Positions 1 through 12,320 of a stretch of 64,000 bases of DNA are shown one piece after another. The stretch comes from Azolla caroliniana (lineage: Eukaryota; Plantae; Polypodiophyta): NCBI GenBank assembly GCA_043228905.1, contig JBHGNT010000003.1, forward strand, positions 23,746,001 through 23,810,000, read 5' to 3'. The position numbers were made by a program, and so were the translations under genes. Positions within the stretch are counted from its first letter, which is position 1. Each line of letters begins with the position of its first letter. The notes below the pieces were generated by a model that did not search any database, had not been told where the DNA came from, and worked only from the letters and a program-made list of their open reading frames with translations.

Positions 1-3000
1 TGCCCCGTGAGAGAATGTACAAGGCTTCCATCAACTGCATTCCAAACACATATCCTGCAATCTGCAGTATTGTCAAAACAGCAACTTGCAATTGGCCAAA
101 AAGCTTCTCTCAGGGTGATGACTTAAAACCACACCAAGCATCCAAACAATCAGGAACAACTGAAACATTCACATCACTCTAACATCCAGCTGATAGTAGG
201 AAATTGCACAGGGAAATATTTGAACATAATGCTTACCCATTATTGCTGCAAGAACAAAGCGGTTATCCAGGCTCCAAACTATCATGTTCACACCTCGTGG
301 AGTAGGTAAAAACCGCTGCCGAGGCCCTCCACCTCTAGGAGGATGAAGTGGCATAGGTGGGGGTGGAACATGCAAATGATAGGATTTGATCCAGTGGCCA
401 TATCGACAAACCTACAAAAAGTTTAAAACCTTGCATTGGTATGAGGCACTAAGAAATTGTGCAGCTATATATGGTGTTAATGGTATTTATTTAGCTATAC
501 AACAATTACAATCAGTACTTACAACCTTTTTACGTGGTTTACATATCCAAATGATTGCACTACCATCCCGGGAGCAAGTCACAATACTATCACGTGTAAG
601 GCTGGGCATCACAGCTTCTATGATATAAGAACGTGAGGCAAAAATAAGGAAAACAGCAAATAACAACCACTACACACCATGAGTTCTTGAATTTGGTTGT
701 CCCCTCCTCTTTGGCATTGTCAAATACACTAGGTTTCACAGGTCCTGCACAACCACTACATTATACAGACACAGCTAATGTTCAGTAACAAAGCAATATT
801 AGCTGGATTACAGATTACAATAGGAAATAGCCCATTTTAAAAGTCACCTAAACTGCACATAATTTACAGCATTTTCATGGCCCTTCAGAATGTCCAGTTC
901 ATAGTTGGGTTTTCCAGTAATTTCATCATGCCACTTCCTAGCATCCCAAACCTGCAGATGGTATTCAAGATTGTGAACTGAATGCAGTCAACCATTCACA
1001 AATGATCAATCGATGGATTTGCTAGAGATGAACAAAAACTCCAAAAAATGGGACGTGGAATTACAGATTAGGCTTTGGACTGAAGCTACAACAGAATGAT
1101 GAAGTTGGTTGAAATAATGAATGACGTCACTTACAATTCCAGCTATGCTATTTTATAAAACAGCCAAGACCACTCATCCACATCTTGCACAGCGTTTTTC
1201 TGAACTACTGTGTGAAGCACCACCTATAGTATTCTAAGACTCTTATAGAGTACATAGTTTTCTCACAATACTATGAAAAGCATTAGAAATATTGTCTGCT
1301 TTCATCAAGAATTGACAATACAATCATTCCATTTGAATATAGCCTATTCAGTATTCTAAACATTTGACAATACAATCATTCCATGAAGTGGGTTGGCTTA
1401 CATTACTCCACCCATCGTTCATGTTTAGGTCATGCTCTAGATATACCCATACATATGTGATGACATACATATGCTTCATCACAGTTTCTCTGGCTATTCC
1501 TGCCACACCCACTGTGATATCGATGTGTTCTTTGTATCCATACAATCATTTCATTTGAATCTAAGACTATTCATTATTCTAAACCTTTGGCATGAAGTAG
1601 GGCTAAGGTAAGTGGTATAAAATTGTCTTACATTAATCCACCAATCGTTCATGTTTAGGTCATGCTCTAGTTATACCCATGCATATGCTTCATTGCAGTT
1701 TCTTCGGCTATTACACAAACAACATCTAAGTAACATGTACTATATATTATGGTTAACAAAGACTTCGTAATTCTAGGATGCCCTCTATAAATTATAGTGG
1801 AACCAACGTGGTTGATGACTATAATCTACAAAAATAACAAGCATAATAGAATTGATCGCGTTCACAATAAATTGACGATCAATATGATGTAAACGGAAAG
1901 GGAACCATCTAGGTAGGTACTGCACAACATATAAACATATTACCCGTGCAAATTTGTCACAACTGCCAGTCACAAAGATACTCCCATCGACATTAAAAGC
2001 ACAGCAAGATATTTGAGCCACTGCCTGTTGTATAGGTTGAGTAGAGATATTGGATTTTCCAGCTGAAATTTTCAAGATGTAAGAAATTAAGAGCAGAAGT
2101 GCAACTCCCCAGACTCTTGCTCTATGGAGCATAAATGCTACATACTTGAACTCATTAAATCAGGATTTGGCATATACACCCGTGATTTCACCAATGAATC
2201 TCGAGCATCCCAAATGCGGCATGTTCCATCCTCTGATGACCTGAAAGCAATCAAGTAATCATCCCCAAAGGAAAATCCTTTATTAATTTTATTATTTGGA
2301 AAGTTGCAAAATTCAATACTCTCAAACAGCAGAAAAGGGTAAAAAACCAAGAATTTTCTATGAATGAACATGAGAGCACTTACGACAGTATATGATGTTC
2401 ACAATTCTGCCGAGGACTAAAAGAGATAGCTGTTACTGCACCAGTGTGACCACGCAAAACAGAAAGAGGAAGTCCATCAGGTAACCTCCACTGCAAGACG
2501 GATCATATAGAGCCAAAGCAGCACAAATATAGACCATCCAAAGAAAATCACACATAAGAGAAATCTACAAGCCAATCAAGAACAATATAAATGATAATAG
2601 CAGAAACATTACCACACGAATTGTGAAGTCATTGGAAGCAGATGCAACTAGTGTATTTCCACTGCTGACAGAGAGCTCTGTGATGTCACCCTACATTATT
2701 TGGCACCAAAGTGTTCAGTGACAAGATTTGAGGGTAAATATAGAGGTATGCAAATCATGCTTGTGTTAGAAAATAACCTCATGGCCACGACAGCTGCGGA
2801 GGCAAAATCCTGTTTCAGTTGACCAAATTTTGACCAGCCGATCATCTGAACCAGTAATTATATGTTGTCCACTTCGATCAAAAATAGCTGCATGAGAGAA
2901 AGACTTTTGTTAGACCTACACAACTGCAAGAATAAAATGCAATTATGGTGTTTCTGTAATCAATGCCTCCATTTCCTCATAGTTGTTAAAAACACATATT

Positions 3001-5249
3001 TTATGTAGAATATGTTTTAGAATACTCTAAAGTATTCTACGTATTCTATGCATTTGACAAGTATTTAATGTTTCCAAAAAAAATGTAATAATTAAAAATT
3101 AAAGATTGGCCAAAAAACAATTGTTAGATGCATTTAAGAAGTATTTAACATATTTTAGCTTTAAAGTATGTATTATAAGTTTTTTTTTTTAATGTAGAAC
3201 ACTTTTAGAATATATATTGCATGCCAAGTATTCTACAACTATGCATTTCCTCAACTTCAAAATTGCCATAACTTACCACAATAGACAACATTCCTGTGGC
3301 CCCGGAATTTTTTAATAATCTGTATCTTCTGAACCAGAACTGATGGTTTCATGATTGCGTAACTCGCAGCTCTAATGGATGGGGACCGATGGAACCTTGA
3401 AAATCCACCACCCAATTCTCTAAGGGCCAATCCATGAACCTGATTCGCATGCCAATGAGGCCATCTGAGTTCTCGAAACGTCCCAGATGCCCCCTCTCTA
3501 CCTATGGTAGTTTCAGCTGCAGAGTAGCACCATATTTTTTGAGTTTTTACGTTAGATAGAGCTGTTGAAAGACCTGCCTTAGTACTATAGGCTCTATAGT
3601 AGCCAAAGACAGCACTCACAATTCAACAATGAAAGTGGTCCAAACCCTAGCAGTGTTGGGACATCTGCTGCAGTGGGAATTCGGGAGTGCGGAGCAGCAT
3701 ATGGTGCAACTGCTCTTCTAGAAGCTAACAATTGCTGCCGCAAAAGTTTAACCAGGTGATTCTTTTCAATCGCTGGATTTCTGCGATTAATGTTTTGTGA
3801 GAAAAAAATTAGTTCCAAAAAGAAGTTAGGAAGCATGTAATAATGATACATAATAAACTGCAATTTGATTTTCACAAGCAGGTTGGCAACAACAACGAGT
3901 ACTGCTAGAAACATACATAAACATTAGACAGGATAGCATAGACCCATGATCATATTTTCTTCTATGGGAAAAACACAGCAAATGCATCAAAATATGGAAG
4001 TACAGAAAAGCATTGTCTGTGGTACCATACCTGAGTCCTTAATTTAATGTAGATTGTAGGCTATATAAAAGGTAGAAGGAACTACACAAGTACAATTACA
4101 AAGCACTAAACAGCATCCATTTTTGGCTGCAAACCCTTGATCATCTCCAAATTCAAGTAGGAAAAAAGGCAGAAAAAAACCATTTCTAACATTTGTTTAC
4201 AAAGTCTGATATGCCGTATGAAAAGCATTTGTTATACATGAACATACTTTGGTTTCCATATCCCATGTATACATAAAAACGACGGGTGGCAAGATCATAA
4301 TTTCCCCCCAATGAAACTTCTCCAAGTATCCATGCAGCATCCATAGTCAATAATGATGAAAAGACAAGAAATATGTCATGAAAAGCCTACCATTTTATGA
4401 CTTGAAACTACCTCAATGGAAAAAGTCCACTCCATGCAGGCTCCCATGATCAATATTAAAAGAATCCAAGGCAAAGATGATGCAAAGAAAAGAAACCCTT
4501 GCAATGAACCTGAAGACGCCTATCATTTTACAAGTTTAATAAGCCCAACCATATGAATAAGAAACTTGATTCAATGAACCTCCCACGCTCAGTAATAGAA
4601 AAAACAAAGGAATGTAACATGCCAACTGGGCAGTGTTCTAGCTTGAATATAGCCCACTCATATGAAAAATAAACTCCATGCTACCATCCTCAATAGTAAT
4701 AAGATAAAACAAAGACAAGCAAAATCCCAACGAGTAAATGAGACCTACCTTTCTTCAACTTGAATATATGAAAAACCAAAGCAGTGGCATGTTAAAGCTA
4801 CCCATGATCGATGATGAGAAGCAAAACAAAGGAGCAGAACTAAGTGAGGCCTACCTTTCTACAACTTGAATGTAGCTCAATGGAAAAGAGATTCCATCAT
4901 CATCTTCATCAGTGCTTGGCATGCCTGATCGCGAGAACCAAGCATGATACCTTCTAGGCAATAGCTTATGTTGCAGAAGCTCATTCCATAGCTGACCAGT
5001 AGCTCTTGTACAAGGACCACCTGCCAAGAAGTGCATTATGAGGAAGTAAACTTCACTCAGATCCACATCTACATCCTCTTCTTCTCCTTCATGTTCCTGT
5101 TCTTGTTTTTCCTTCTGTTTCGGCAACATGTCTGGTTTCAAGCCTATGTTTGGATCCTTGATTTTAAGCCTTCTTTCAGCTTTCCTCTGTGAAATCCTTT
5201 TCGGAAATTCGCGCACCTGTGATCTCTCCCCCTCCATCCAAGCTGCCAT
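1..5249 (-). CDS. BRWD/PHIP-like WD40-repeat (bromodomain family) protein, 5' part; gene continues beyond window start
   Basis: GT-AG exons read in frame: 4855-5249, 3620-3780, 3277-3516, 2778-2887, 2613-2690, 2384-2490, 2146-2240, 1944-2062, 848-951, 523-755, 237-411, <1-61. Motifs SEVYFLIMHFLAGGPC, LLPRRYHAW, RGHRNVVYCAIFDRSG, ITGSDDRLVKIWS, DGTCRIWDA, PTPRGVNMIVWSLDNRFVLAAIMDCRICVWNA are typical of plant BRWD/PHIP homologues. Confidence 0.93.
1318..1712. repeat. Degenerate tandem duplication in a BRWD intron
   Basis: atacaatcattYcatttgaat...catcgttcatgtttaggtcatgctctag-Wtataccca occurs twice, starting near 1318 and 1540. Confidence 0.8.
2978..3243. mobile_element. hAT-type MITE (266 bp) in a BRWD intron
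   Basis: Terminal inverted repeats CATAGTTGT/ACAACTATG, perfect 8-bp TSD CATTTCCT (2970-2977 and 3244-3251), and subterminal TAGAATA/TATTCTA motifs. Confidence 0.88.
4300..4895 (-). repeat. Degenerate tandem array (~105-135 bp units) copying the BRWD exon1/intron1 junction
   Basis: Variants of gcctacctttctacaacttgaatgtagctcaatggaaaag start at 4385, 4518, ~4621, 4743 and 4849 (the real donor). Confidence 0.75.
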
Positions 5250-5328
5250 TACTGCTAAATCATCTGAGGGAAAAACATCAAAAGAAATTAATTAAAAAAG
5301 GGAAAACCAGTATTGACCAAATCCAAAA

Positions 5329-5330
<2 letters not shown>

Positions 5331-5424
<94 letters not shown>

Positions 5425-5450
5425 CTCTCTCTCTCGATCTCTCTCGATCT
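5331..5450. repeat. (CT)n microsatellite upstream of the BRWD start codon (probable 5'UTR intron)
   Basis: Long CT run, then ctcgatct variants. Confidence 0.95.
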
Positions 5451-6182
5451 AGAGACAAAACGAAATGTAACAGAAAATTTTCTCGAACTTACAATACAGG
5501 AGAAAGGAAAGATCTTGACAAGCCTGAAGAAGAACTGTGAAATGAAAACGACTAGATCCTTCCTTGAAACCTCGATTGTTTATTGTTCCTATTACTGAAT
5601 CTTTAATTTAAAACACATATATATCTCCTTCCTCGAATCTTCATTTTACTGGATTTTCCTCATCTCTAACTGGAGCCTTCAGGAACGTTCTCCTCCTCTG
5701 ATTCGCATGCTTTGCGTCTCGAGATCGACGAAGAATGATCGATGAAGAATGAGCTGCAAAGTCAAGAAGATCTGCGCAAGAAACGCTTGAAGGTAGAATT
5801 AATATACAGATCGAGAAGCCATGGATGGAGAGGATTCCTATTTCTCCAGCGGCCTGTAAATAGAGATGTCGATTTTCTGCAGAGTCTGTTTCCTTCGATT
5901 CCTGCGAAGACGAGAGGAAGAAGAAAGGGGAGGCACAGTGCACGAGAAACGATGGATTGGGTGTTTGTCCACCTGGCATCTCCGGCTGACGTGGCTTGCT
6001 TCCGCTCATTGCCACGTAGGCATTTAATTTTAGCCACGCTGGCAAAATGTGCCATACCGGACTCCCCCATTCCATCTATGTATATATTATGTACGTTTTG
6101 TATGTATGTTATGTACAATTTGTATGTACCTAGGTACTTATGTATGTATGTATGTATGTATGTATGTATGTATGTATCCCGC

Positions 6183-6365
6183 ATACGCTCCCCATCACTT
6201 CAATCCAATGAAGCTATCCATTACAGACACAAGCTTACTTCGTTGATTTGTTAGTGAACAAGGAAAGATTTTATCTAGGCGGATGAATAGATTGACTTCT
6301 AAACAACGACGTTCAATGGCAGTTGCCATAAAAAGAGCTCGTATTTTAGCATTACCACCCTTCTC
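6183..6365 (+). pseudogene. rps18: Plastid-derived rps18 fragment (NUPT)
   Basis: Reads SPSLQSNEAIHYRH / [43 protein letters not shown], which matches plastid Rps18 ([20 protein letters not shown]...AIKxARILxLLPF). It has a frameshift and a stop, and is flanked by (TATG)n tracts. Confidence 0.88.
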
Positions 6366-6584
6366 ACATAACGTAAATTGTGCATATTATGTATGCATGT
6401 ACGTACATATATGTGTGTATGTATATGTATATAGTATATGTATGTATGTATGTACATACACATCAAGTTAAGGGTACATGCATGCACCACATACACAAAT
6501 GATTTGATTAATAATGTCTTATTATCTTGCTAATTACTCTACAATTAAGTTATCATGTTGTGATTAACTCTCAACAAGCTTCTG

Positions 6585-6990
6585 TTATCTATCTTAATAA
6601 CCCTCTTCATTATCGTCACTTGCATATTTACATACACGGTGTGTGCATATGCATTTGTTAAGTGTATTGAAGTGTCTTGATTATCTTACTACTCATTGTA
6701 CAATTGTGTTCACGTTGCGTGATCATCCTTCCATTAGGTATCTTAATTGAATACATGCATAGTATTTTCCCAAAGCACACTTTTTGGTGTATTTTCACTT
6801 ATAGTTATCCCATTAAGTTATCCTTGTCGATTTATTGCTCAAACGTTTCCATTATCTATCCTAATAACCCTCCTAATCATCATCACTTCGCATATCCCAT
6901 GCACAAACACTCATATGCATGGATATATTCACTTTTCTTTCTCCCTAAACTAACTATTCTTAGTTAAGTATTGAAATATGTCTCGATTAT
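6585..6990. repeat. Degenerate direct duplication (~270-bp period)
   Basis: ttatctatcYtaataaccctcYt...tcactt-gcatat and taagt-tattgaa...gtctYgattatc recur near 6585-6685 and 6851-6990. Confidence 0.65.
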
Positions 6991-9900
6991 CACACTAACT
7001 ACTAGATAAATTAGAATGAACACAATGAATATTCCCCTATATATCAAAGAATGGGATTGCAAAATAGGTTTATCACCATGTATGAAGGAATGGAGCATTT
7101 GTAACGTATAATGATGGTATTTGGTTATAACTCGTAAACCACGAGGTTTATAGCCTAGAGATCAAGTAATGAAATAAACATACTCATTGTTCGATAGCAA
7201 AAGAATATATAGTCCCACATAATGTCCAATTAATGGCCATTGCAAAGGTAACCCAACATGTTTATAACCTTGGGATGCTGGGTTGAAACATAATAAGCTC
7301 ATTTGATCTCTTCACGAGTTCTTAACACGACTTTACGCAATCCAATGGCATTTCATTCATACACATATTGTATCCACAAAATTTGGTCTTGCAAACTCAC
7401 TTTCCAAAGGAAGGTGAAAAATATAGCCTTTATTTGGGAGGGACCTTTTAAGTAACCCCACCAATTTGATCTACATGAGGTTGAGAAATTTGTGGTTTGA
7501 AATGAAACAAAGGTTGTCCTTAGCATCATGGCACTACATGAATAGTTTCATCCTCATGGTGCCATAATCCAAGGATGAGTGAATTCTACGAAAGAGGACT
7601 CATATCGAACTTTAAAATGTGACTCACGAATAAAAATTTGTTTGGGCTTATTATGTCAACCCACTAATTTTCGTTTGTCAAACTAATAAACACTTCAACT
7701 CCACAGCCATCACATATTCAAATAAATAAAACAGTTTTATTTTCAAGATACATGCCCATGTGTGGGTAGTAATTTCTTCTTCAACTTAACAAAAAAGGTC
7801 GATCAATGCTTAACGAACACAAATTTTTCTCATTCGCAAACAATTGTGGCAAATTATTATCTAAGTTGGACACATAAATCTACTTACGGTATCAATAAAT
7901 GAATTCTAATAAAGGACCAACTACCTTTTAAAACATACAATGTATTGTTGAATGTGGGTTGTGTGAGGCTCATGTTGAGGGGAGTCTGGCGAGTAATTAT
8001 GTGTTGAGGCTTTGTTGCTTCATTTATACATGATGTTTTCTTGTAGCCATTGCAAAGTGGCTTGTAACGTATGAGTTGTATATTATCCTATGTACTTTTT
8101 CTTAACTAATGGAAGTAGAATTTATTTTGAAAAGAAAAGAAAATAGCATACAATGTATTAATGTACATACTCATATCTGACTATCCCTCTTCTTTTGCTT
8201 GTGTTTAATGGAAGCATACTTGTTCCTCAGGAAATTGTTTCAACTTTGGATTGTCTAATATCAACTTAATATTTAATCATTAGAGGTTTGCCAATAAACA
8301 TGGGCATGTTGAGGACAATCACAATCACATATGTGCCTTCTTCTTCTCCGATGACAACAATGAGAGCACACAAAGATATTTACATGTATCTACACGCATA
8401 TTGAGAGACAAGCATCATTTGTTTCTTTTTGCTACAATAGTCGTGTTTCTTGTAGATATTTGTCCACAATAGAAGCACAACACAATCAAACATGAGACAT
8501 TGTGTCTCTATCAATCATAAAAAGCGTTTCATGTGGGAGCCTCACAAAGTTAGGTTTCTTTTAACAAATATGTAACTCCATCGTTATGTTTCATTACTTT
8601 GAAACGTGTTTCTTTGTGGTACCTATGGGATAGATCATGTGGAGGTGAGATTTCAAGCATTGATTGTAGATTGAACAAGCTTAGGTGGTTGTCCTCTATC
8701 AGAGTTCTTGGGATGCCACGTTACTGTGCGTGAAGACAACTTGCTCAAGTATAATTGTACGATTCCTAAACTACATGTTGAACCATTCACTTTGATTTTG
8801 TAAATTGAAAAACTTGCAACAACTTTAATTTTTTCTTGCCTACGTAATACAAGTTTTGGCACTTGTAGTTTTGCATATTAAAAACACAAGATTCGACACT
8901 TGATCTACTCTCAACTTCTCACTCACAATATTTCTAATGCTTTAGTTGTCAGGTGTCCAACAAGAAATTTCATCCATTTTCAATTTAGTAGTCTCAAAAA
9001 ATGCGTGTTCATTAATATGTATATATTGTATAAGTTGCAATTAAGTGTATACCATGTAGATTTTATTGATTCTTGTCGTGATCTATTTTGACTTGAATTT
9101 GACAAGTGAGCAATCTTTGCTCTTGTTTTAATTTTCATGGTATTGGCTAGGATTGTCATTATCTTGTCACTAGAAATTGAAGTATGCCGCTAAATAAATA
9201 TTAGGAATTTGAAGTTTATCAACATTAGAGGCGAATGTTGTATTTATTTGCCATAAAAAACATTGCAACCTCACAAGTATAATCTCACAAAAAGCTTGTT
9301 AATTTTACAAATGTAAAGTAAACCAACTTATGGACACAATCTAATATTTGAAAGAAGTATCTTGGACTATTTTTGAGAGTGGCAAACCAAATGGCGTTTT
9401 GATAAAAGAAACAAAATTTGACATCCACACGAAGAATCCACTCATGGAAAACTTAGAAGATCTTTATTACTCTTGTCTTTGTTTTTTCTTTTGACCACAA
9501 CCAAGAGAAGTATACACCCTAATTAGTCCATGACTTACTAATAAAATGGGATTCCAATCTCAATCAAGCGAAACTTTTTATTACATCAAAAGTTAGCAAA
9601 TAATGTGTCGAGGTAGGCAATGGTACATGCCTCAACATCAAACTTCTCCAACCATGTTCATAAATCCTTAGTCTCTTTATGTGTCCTTTCTTAAAAATGT
9701 GTTGTCTCTTCATATTATGCCCATTGTTGTCTTACATTCACACAATGACCTCTACACTCTTCTCCTTTTTTGTTTTAGAACCTTGCATAGTTCCTTTGCT
9801 TATATCCAAGTAGTAAGGATCTCAACCAATGGGTTTGATCTTCATTTACAAGGTTAAAGAGATTCACTAATTGTTTTAACAAATAAGAGCTCTCTACACT

Positions 9901-12320
9901 TGTTCTAAAGTTAGAACATGTTTACATTTAGCAACCTTGAATATTTGTCGATTGGTCCATAAGACATTGAACAAGATGAACCTATGCAAGTATCAATAAA
10001 TTTTAGGGACATATTGAAATCCAAATTTCTTGTGAATCTATTATTCCAATGGGGAGTGAATCAACTCATAACCCAAATCTTTGTGAGCCTACATAGGCCC
10101 TCAAGTGAGAGGGTAGAGGTGGAACTCTCTTCTCAGTACACCACATGTATATTCAAGGGTCAATGAACCTCTTATTTCAATGAAGAATGGGGATCTTTCT
10201 CTCATAACCCAAATCCAGTTATAATGAGTTCCAAGTCTTGGTTTCTTAACACATAACTAGCTTTCACCTTATCAACATTTTCTAAAACATGGGTTGCCTT
10301 CTCTTACCTTGTTCAACACTATGCTCTTCCACATTGCTATTGGTCAAATGTCATGATTCATCCCATCTACCAATGTCGCAATATGGTATTTGTTTTTGAA
10401 TGCCATTGTAATGTTAGTTTTAATGACATTGTAGCCCACATTAGTATGTCTAGTACATGTTTGCAATGGTGATTCCTTCAAAGACCATGTACCCTTGTTT
10501 TACTAACAAGATTGAGGTTCCTTGGGAAGACACTCACTCCCTATTTTGGAACCCATGGAAAAGACTGTCACACATCACCAAAATTTCATAAGAGATCTCT
10601 CATCGTTCTTCACCAAATATGATCAACCAAGAGTTGAAGACATATTCCTTTGTTGTTGTTTGGCTATTCACATTTAACAATACTCCATAATATTTTTTGT
10701 CAAAATCAAATTTGAATATACATTGGTTTTAAAAGCATATTCCTGATCTTTCATCAAGGCTCTTATGGCATCTAATGCATATGCCCCTTTTGTAATTTAA
10801 CCATTATGTTATTCTCTAGCCCACTCAAAAAAATTCCATGGCTCTTTATGGACGAGTAGTTTTCCATCATCTCAATCAAGCTCATCATGTGGAGCCAAAA
10901 GTTGCATCACAAATTAACATTTCAAGATTTTAGGGTACATTTGCACATGAATACATGTACACAATACCAAATATTTGATGAGTTGAGGATTCCTTCACCA
11001 TATCTAATAAAAAGGTTTACTTTAGGAATCGATTCAATGTATCTTGATAAACAAAGTGGGAACACTCAAGACTCCCAAGTAATGATAAGCTTGTATTTAA
11101 ACCTAATGAAGTGGGAACATTGGGGCTTCAACATCCAAATTTGTATCATTGACAAGATTTGCAAGTAGAGAATTTACAATTTCAACCACACACAATCCTC
11201 TCATCATTGTCAAGAAATCGTCAAACATCTAGAATCAAATTCTTAGCCAGCATTTAAGAGCCACAAACCACTAAGACTTAACATCATGTCATTAAATGTT
11301 ATTATTCTAAGATACCAAAGAGAGAATGAGAAATCAGATTGTATGCTAAAAATGCCAATAGAGAAATAGGAAGTTCTGAATTTTAGATGGGAACATTTGG
11401 GTTGGTTGTGAAATTCTCATCGAAGAAAACCTTGATCGATTTGAAGATCTTAAAATTCCAAACCTTGATCAGTTTGAAGATCTTATAATTTCTACTGGTC
11501 TTGAAAATCCAATATTACTAAGAAATTTAATCCAAAAATTATAATTTCCAAGCATACTGACATAATTCCCATCCGATTTCCAATGCAAAACCTGTTATGG
11601 AAATTTGGCTTTAGAACAGAAAGCCAAAAATGATATTCCAAGACACTCAAACCTTATTTGAAGCATTTCACAATGTAACAATGGGATCTCCATTTTTAGA
11701 TTTTTTGGGCACAAATACTTAATATTATCATATCAATGGTAAAAAAAATCATCTAAGATCCAAGATTCATCTATACAATCAACAATAAAATGTGGAAGGC
11801 AATCATAAGAACTAAGTGCACAAGTTCCTCACTTCCTAATTTTACAGTCAATTTGTTAAAGAAAAGCCTTTTGCATTCATTATATCAGTAGACAAATAAT
11901 GTTACGACGGACGTATGACACCCATCTTGAAAAGTTGACTTAAAACATTTATCATGAATTTTATTTCTATACATGTCAGAGAAGGACTTAGACGACAAGA
12001 ACCTCCTCTTATTTCATTCTTCAGGTGAGAAGTTCTCAACTATTTTAAAACTAAAACTATAGACTTTTTGTTGCATTGATGGGAGTTCACCTACATAGAT
12101 TTCATTGATACTACACCCTTGTCAATCATCACTTTCGAAATTCCTATATGAGAAATGTACAAAGATATTCCAGAGTCTGAAAGTCGAATTACATTTTCCT
12201 TTTACAAAAGAACTAAAAAAAATTGTTTAGGGGTAGAACATGGAAAAAGATAATAAGCTGCCATTCAAATTCAAAACCCCAAAATGTGAAAGAAGATGAA
12301 GAATGTGGCGCAAAAACTTG

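Noticed and set aside
5189-6254. ORFs with SLSL and YVCM repeats (also 16614-17366, 43242-43850, 53528-54044)
   Set aside because: They are translations of microsatellites in promoters, UTRs and introns.
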